Of a stretch of DNA of 50,824 nucleotides, positions 46,271 through 50,824 are shown piece after piece (position 1 is the stretch's first letter; each line of letters opens with the position of its first letter). The position numbers were made by a program, and so were the translations under genes. The stretch is taken from NCBI GenBank assembly GCA_051747145.1, contig JBNJFV010000001.1, forward strand, positions 1-50,824, written 5' to 3'. The DNA comes from Halobacteriota archaeon. Lineage in GTDB: Archaea; Halobacteriota; Halobacteria; Halobacteriales; Haloferacaceae. The notes beneath the pieces were generated by a model. It was not told where the DNA came from. It searched no databases and was given only the letters and a program-made list of their open reading frames with translations.

Positions 46271-47476
46271 ATGGGCGATTCAAATCCGGCGGACGAAAGA
46301 GTCACATGGACAAACGGCGACGGACGGAGTCGGCGCGGATTCGTGGGGACTACAGGGGCGGTACTTCTCGGTAGCGTGGCGATCGCCGGCTGTCTCGGTG
46401 GGGACGAAACCGGCGGTAATGGGAACGGAAACGGCAACGGCAACGGAAACGGCAACGGCAATGGGAACGGCAACGGCAACGGAACCTACGACGGTCCCGG
46501 TGTGACGCCCGAGGGAACCGACTGGGACGACCTTCCGGATCTCGACGGCGAGTTGACGATCTACTCGGGCCGCCGCGAAGCGCAGATCGAGCCGGTGCTT
46601 CGAGACATCGAATCGTACTACGACGGTCTCACCCTGGAGATCCGTTACGACGACAACGAGGCGCACCTCAGCGCGATCGAACAGGAAGGACAAAACAGCC
46701 CCGCCGACATCCTGTACACGCAGGATTCGGGGACGCTCGGTGCGCTCAAATCACTCGGGCGAACTGTGGCGTTGACCGACGACGTACTCGAGACAGTGCC
46801 CGACAGCTGGCAGGACCCCGACGGGACGTGGACCGGCGTCTCCGGTCGAACGCGATGCGTCGCGTACAATACGGACGCGTGGAGCCCCGACGAACTCCCC
46901 GACGACATCTTCGCGTATCCCGAGGACGATCGATTTCGGGACGAGATGGGGTGGCGGGTCGATTCGGGATCGTTCCTCGCGTGGATCCGCGCGATGATGA
47001 TCGACCACGGAGAGGAACGGACCAGACAGTACCTCCAGGACATGCAGGCGACCGGCGTGAACAACTACGAGGGCGGGTCGACGACCCCAGAAGCGCTCGC
47101 CGCCGGCGAGGTGACTGTCGGGTTCGTCAACCACTACTACGTCGGCCGATTGACGGCCGATCAACCCGACGTGCCGGTCAACGTCACGTTCACCGACGGC
47201 GATATCGGGTCGTTGTTCAACGTCTCGGGAGCGGCGGTCCTCGATTCGAGCGACAACCAGGACCTAGCCCGCGACTTCGTCCGGCACCTCCTCGGACGAC
47301 AGGGACAGGAGTTTTTCGTCGATACCAACAAGGAGTACGCCGTCATTCCAGGCGTCGAATACACCGACGAGGACTTCCCGACGCTCGAAGAACTGAACCC
47401 GCCGTCGTTCGATTTGAATCAGCTTGCCGACATCCAGCCTGCTGTCGATCTACTACGAGACGCCGGTCTCCGCTGA
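46271..47476 (+). CDS. ABC transporter substrate-binding lipoprotein (Fe3+/thiamine-type family) with Tat signal and lipobox
   Basis: RSRRGFVGTTGAVLLGSVAIAGC provides the twin-arginine motif plus lipobox Cys. A (GN)11 linker follows, then a periplasmic-binding-protein fold (TIYSGRREAQIEPVL..., ILYTQDSG). Confidence 0.8.
   Translation: MGDSNPADERVTWTNGDGRSRRGFVGTTGAVLLGSVAIAGCLGGDETGGNGNGNGNGNGNGNGNGNGNGNGTYDGPGVTPEGTDWDDLPDLDGELTIYSGRREAQIEPVLRDIESYYDGLTLEIRYDDNEAHLSAIEQEGQNSPADILYTQDSGTLGALKSLGRTVALTDDVLETVPDSWQDPDGTWTGVSGRTRCVAYNTDAWSPDELPDDIFAYPEDDRFRDEMGWRVDSGSFLAWIRAMMIDHGEERTRQYLQDMQATGVNNYEGGSTTPEALAAGEVTVGFVNHYYVGRLTADQPDVPVNVTFTDGDIGSLFNVSGAAVLDSSDNQDLARDFVRHLLGRQGQEFFVDTNKEYAVIPGVEYTDEDFPTLEELNPPSFDLNQLADIQPAVDLLRDAGLR
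46415..46480. repeat. Hexanucleotide repeat (GGN AAY) x11 encoding a Gly-Asn linker
   Basis: GGTAAT GGGAAC GGAAAC GGCAAC ... is in frame with the CDS. Confidence 0.95.
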
Positions 47477-47536
47477 GGACGGGTTTCCGCCAAAATCCCC
47501 CGCCACGTGGTGGTGTGTGGATTTCCGATCACGCTG

Positions 47537-47554
47537 TTTTAGGAAGTCCTAAAA
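47537..47554. promoter_or_regulatory. Palindromic operator candidate TTTTAGGA-AG-TCCTAAAA
   Basis: A perfect palindrome with 8-bp arms lies in the 130-bp gap between the SBP and permease genes, 53 bp before ATG 47607. It shares TTTAGG/CCTAAA with the site at 46250. Confidence 0.45.
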
Positions 47555-47606
47555 AGCTCTGGGAAGTGGATTCACACAGACGCTGAAAGCGACAGTAGCC
47601 GTCGTC

Positions 47607-49241
47607 ATGTCACACGATCAGACAACCGAAGCGAACCAGACGCACACCGCCAGACGGCTGGGATTGACGTTCCTTAGCGGCGCCGTCGCCGCTCTGATGG
47701 TGTTCCCGCTGACGTGGATCGTCGTGCGTGCGCTCGAGGTCGACCCCGATCGAGCGAGCGGGATCCTCTTTCGACTGCGGACCGTCGAGATCCTTTTCAA
47801 CAGCATCACGCTCATGATCGGCGTGACGATCGTGTCCTTGCTGATCGCGGTTCCGCTCGCATTTCTCACCGTGCGCACCGATATGCCGTTTCGGCGGTTC
47901 TGGACGATCGTCGTCGCCCTTCCGCTGGCGATCCCGAGCTACCTCGGTGCGTTCGCGTTCGTTGCGATCTTCCGACCACGCGGCGAATTACAGTCGCTTT
48001 TGGAACCGATAGGCGTCGAATCGCTCCCGTCGATCTACGGGCTTCACGGGGCGATCGTCGTGATCGCGCTGTACACGTATCCGTACATCTTCATCACGAC
48101 GCGTGCGGCGTTGAAGACGTTCGACAAGTCGCTGATCGACGCCGCACGGATGTTGAATCACGGTCGCTGGGAGACGTTCAAGCGGGTGACTGTCCCCCAG
48201 ATCCGACCGGCGGTCGCCGCCGGCGCGCTGCTCGTGGCGCTGTATGCGGTCTCGGATTTCGGAACGCCCGCGTTCATGCAGGCGGAGGTGTTCACTCGGC
48301 AGATCTACCTCGAACAGCGGAGCCTCGGCGGCGGCGATTACGCGGCGTTCCTCTCGTTACAGCTCGTCGCCGTCACCGTGATGGTGCTGGCGATCGAATC
48401 GAAAGTCCGCGGGAGCGAAACGCTGTACACCGACCGAACCGGCCAGGAAAGCGGTACCCATCGCGTGACGCTCGGTCGGTGGAAGTGGCCCGCGATGGCG
48501 TTCTGTGCGACGCTCGGCTTTCTCACCCTCGTCTTGCCGATCGGGGTCTTTTTCAGCTGGCTGTCGACGAGCCAGGCGAACGTCCCCGAGAGTTTCCAGT
48601 TCCAGTGGGAGTTCGTGCTCAACTCCGTGTACGTGGCCGGACTGGCCGCCTTCGTCGCGGCACTTGCGGCGCTCCCGGTAGCGTATCTGGCAGCGCAGTA
48701 CAACTCGATCGCCGGCACCGTCTTCGAGCGTGCGACCTACATTGGCTACGCGGTTCCGGGAATCGTCATCGGGCTGGCGTTGGTCTTCTTCGGCGCGAAC
48801 TACGGAACCATTGCAGTCGGCGGGTGGGAACTGAGCGTCTACCAGTCGATCCCGATTTTGGTGTTCGCGTACGTGGTGCGGTTCATCCCGCAGTCGGTCG
48901 GCTCGACGCGGACGTCGATCCTACAGGTGAATCCGAGTTTGACGGAAGCCTCCAGAACGCTCGGGGAATCACCCCTGACGACGTTTCGTCGAGTGACGCT
49001 TCCGCTCATCGCACCCGGTGTCGTCGCCGGCGCGGCGCTCGTGTTCCTGACGACGATGAAGGAGTTGCCGGCCACGTTGTTGCTCCGACCGACGGAGTTC
49101 GAAACGCTCGTGACCCGAATCTGGGCCGCAGAATCCGCCGGGCTGTACGGCTATGCGGCCATACCGGCGTTGATTTTGGTGTTAGTTTCGGGATTGTCGA
49201 TGGTGATCATCCTCAGACAGGAAGGGTTCGACGAGGAGTGA
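47607..49241 (+). CDS. ABC transporter permease with two fused MetI-like domains (iron(III)-type)
   Basis: 544 aa with about 12 TM helices. The two EAA-type loops are IDAARMLNHGRWETFKRVTVPQI and TEASRTLGESPLTTFRRVTLPLI. Confidence 0.8.
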   Translation: MSHDQTTEANQTHTARRLGLTFLSGAVAALMVFPLTWIVVRALEVDPDRASGILFRLRTVEILFNSITLMIGVTIVSLLIAVPLAFLTVRTDMPFRRFWTIVVALPLAIPSYLGAFAFVAIFRPRGELQSLLEPIGVESLPSIYGLHGAIVVIALYTYPYIFITTRAALKTFDKSLIDAARMLNHGRWETFKRVTVPQIRPAVAAGALLVALYAVSDFGTPAFMQAEVFTRQIYLEQRSLGGGDYAAFLSLQLVAVTVMVLAIESKVRGSETLYTDRTGQESGTHRVTLGRWKWPAMAFCATLGFLTLVLPIGVFFSWLSTSQANVPESFQFQWEFVLNSVYVAGLAAFVAALAALPVAYLAAQYNSIAGTVFERATYIGYAVPGIVIGLALVFFGANYGTIAVGGWELSVYQSIPILVFAYVVRFIPQSVGSTRTSILQVNPSLTEASRTLGESPLTTFRRVTLPLIAPGVVAGAALVFLTTMKELPATLLLRPTEFETLVTRIWAAESAGLYGYAAIPALILVLVSGLSMVIILRQEGFDEE

Positions 49242-49411
49242 ACGCGTTCACACCGTGCGTGATTCGGCCGTGACTCGCTGGCTACGGGCGTACAGGCGGT
49301 GGGATCGATCGACCCGAAGCGAGACACCGCACACCCGCAGTTCGCTCCGGGGGAATTCACTGCAACACGGGGCTGGTTCCCCTCCCGATCGTACAAAAAG
49401 GTTGGCCGAAC

Positions 49412-50479
49412 TCAGAACGCGCGGAGCGCTTCGAGCACCGCTTCGGCGCTGCCGTCGTCGATCGCTTCGCGTGCGGCGTCGAGACCCGCCTCGAGGTCGG
49501 CGACGTCCCCGCGAGCGTAGATGCGGAACGCGGCGTTCAGCGCGATCGCATCGGCAAACCGATCGGTTCGATCCCCCGAGAGGACTTCCTCGGTGATCCG
49601 TGCGGAGTCGCCCGCCACGTCGTCTCGGTTTACGCCGAGGTCCTCCGTCTCGAAGTCCATCCCGTAGTCGGCGGTTTCGATCTCGTAATCGGTGAACACA
49701 CCATCCTCCCATTCGGCGACCTTGGTGTAACCGGGACGGATGTCGTCGTACCCCTCCATCCCCTGGAACATGATGACGCGATCGAGGTCGTGGTGGCGGC
49801 TCGCCTCGAACGTGTCGACCATCTTCTTGGCGAACGCGAGGTGGTAGAACGACCCGAGGTGCACGTCCGCGTTCGCCGGGTTCGCGATCGTTTCGATCGT
49901 GTTGAAAAACGTCCGCACGCCGACCTGATCGCGTCTGTCGAACAGGTCGTCGACGGCCGGGTTGAACGCCGGCTGGTAGTAGAAGCCGAACCCGGTCTCG
50001 TCGACCATGTCCGCAGAATCACTCGGCGTCAACTCGGTCGCGACGCCGAGCGCGTCGAGGACGTGTTTGTACGCCGTCCCCTTCTGGGTCGGGACCCGAT
50101 CGCCAGAGTGGGTGACGACCGGGGTGCCGGCCCCGGCGGCGACGACGCCCGCACCGACGCCCAACAACGCAGAACGGAGCTTCCCGTCGTAATTCGCCCC
50201 GCAGTCGACGGGATCGACGGTCGGCTCGGCGTACTCGACGTGTTCGCACATCACGTCCGTGTATGCGGCGAGTTCCTCGGCGTTGTTGTGCTTCCAGCGG
50301 TTCGCGATCCAGAACGCCCCGAGGGTGGTGTGATCCGGCTCGCCGGCGAAGATCCGCCTGATCGCCTCCTGTGCCTGTGCTCGCGAGAGGTCAGCGGCGG
50401 ATTTCGGCCCCGATCCGCAAACCTCGGTCATCAGGCGCTTCAACGGCCAGTCACCGAACGTCTGGGTCGCATTCGACAT
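49412..50479 (-). CDS. Anthranilate phosphoribosyltransferase-like (glycosyl transferase family 3) paralog with divergent active-site motif
   Basis: 355 aa with TrpD-like architecture (helical N-domain; HSGDRVPTQKGTAYKHVLDALG resembles HGNR..S.GSAD.LEALG). However, VDCGANYDGK replaces the canonical CGTGGDG PRPP motif. Confidence 0.6.
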   Translation of the reverse strand: MSNATQTFGDWPLKRLMTEVCGSGPKSAADLSRAQAQEAIRRIFAGEPDHTTLGAFWIANRWKHNNAEELAAYTDVMCEHVEYAEPTVDPVDCGANYDGKLRSALLGVGAGVVAAGAGTPVVTHSGDRVPTQKGTAYKHVLDALGVATELTPSDSADMVDETGFGFYYQPAFNPAVDDLFDRRDQVGVRTFFNTIETIANPANADVHLGSFYHLAFAKKMVDTFEASRHHDLDRVIMFQGMEGYDDIRPGYTKVAEWEDGVFTDYEIETADYGMDFETEDLGVNRDDVAGDSARITEEVLSGDRTDRFADAIALNAAFRIYARGDVADLEAGLDAAREAIDDGSAEAVLEALRAF

Positions 50480-50616
50480 GGGTCACACTTTGGGGTACCG
50501 CCGCAAAAGTCTCTCGTTGCTTCCCGGCCGCTGAGAGTCGATCGGGCGGTGACTGAACGGGTCACCACATCCGAAATCCACGGGACCGTTGGGACCAACA
50601 GAGACCGATCGGTCGA

Positions 50617-50824
50617 TCAGGAGTCGTCCGGATCGTCGGGGTCATCAGGATCCTCGGGGTCGTCGGGGTCCTCAGGATCGTCAGGGTCCTCAGGGTCGTC
50701 GGGGGTATCAGGATCGTCAGGGTCATCAGGATTGTCAGGATCCTCGGGGTCGTCTGGCTCCTCCGGTGGTATCGGTTCGTCGGAATCTGCACCGTCGTCG
50801 CTGCCGGTTTCGGCACCGGGATCC
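50617..50824 (-). CDS. Partial CDS (3' end only): extremely acidic Asp/Glu-Pro repeat C-terminus
   Basis: A frame open to the window edge reads ...EEPDDPEDPDNPDDPDDPDTPDDPEDPDDPEDPDDPEDPDDPDDPDDS* with stop TGA at 50617-50619. It is far more haloarchaeal in composition than the overlapping track ORF 50562..50816. Confidence 0.5.
   Translation of the reverse strand, partial: DPGAETGSDDGADSDEPIPPEEPDDPEDPDNPDDPDDPDTPDDPEDPDDPEDPDDPEDPDDPDDPDDS

Noticed and set aside
46279-46292. TTCAAATCCGG resembling the tRNA-Thr T-arm (TTCAAATCCCGG), considered as a distant attR.
   Set aside because: The match is only about 9-10 nt and lies inside the SBP coding region 46 kb away. The intervening genes are core housekeeping. 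It is probably chance.

Overview
This window looks like haloarchaeal (class Halobacteria) chromosomal DNA. It is very GC-rich after about 4.9 kb, its predicted proteins are strongly acidic, and it carries archaeal marker genes: PAN, aIF5B, Hjc, Pus10, Nob1, pyruvoyl arginine decarboxylase and a PGF-CTERM protein. Most of it is ordinary housekeeping or core sequence, namely peptidases, tRNA modification, pgi, transporters, Usp paralogs and a large PAS/GAF hybrid histidine kinase. The clearly accessory part is the first ~4.9 kb. There, tRNA-Thr(GGU) is followed by a low-GC island holding a decayed IS4/IS5-type element, one large Tat/PGF-CTERM secreted protein of unknown function, and an intact IS6 element without target-site duplications.

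I did not recognise a defence system, CRISPR array, prophage or rRNA. Items worth a second look:
- A near-identical palindrome precedes both genes of an iron-type ABC transporter.
- A membrane-tethered wHTH regulator is divergently paired with a CPBP intramembrane protease.
- A Gfo/Idh/MocA oxidoreductase is fused in frame to an aldo/keto reductase.
- An AT-rich insertion with a 59-aa ORF sits at the infB 3' end, bracketed by a 13-bp direct repeat.
- A 149-bp inverted-repeat-bounded element (MITE or structured RNA) lies in a convergent gap.
- PspA is paired with a downstream 4-TM protein.
- Locus-specific tandem repeats recur in many intergenic regions.

All family assignments come from motifs read by eye and recalled from memory; no database search was run. 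Many long ORFs in the track that lie antisense to recognisable genes are treated as high-GC artefacts.
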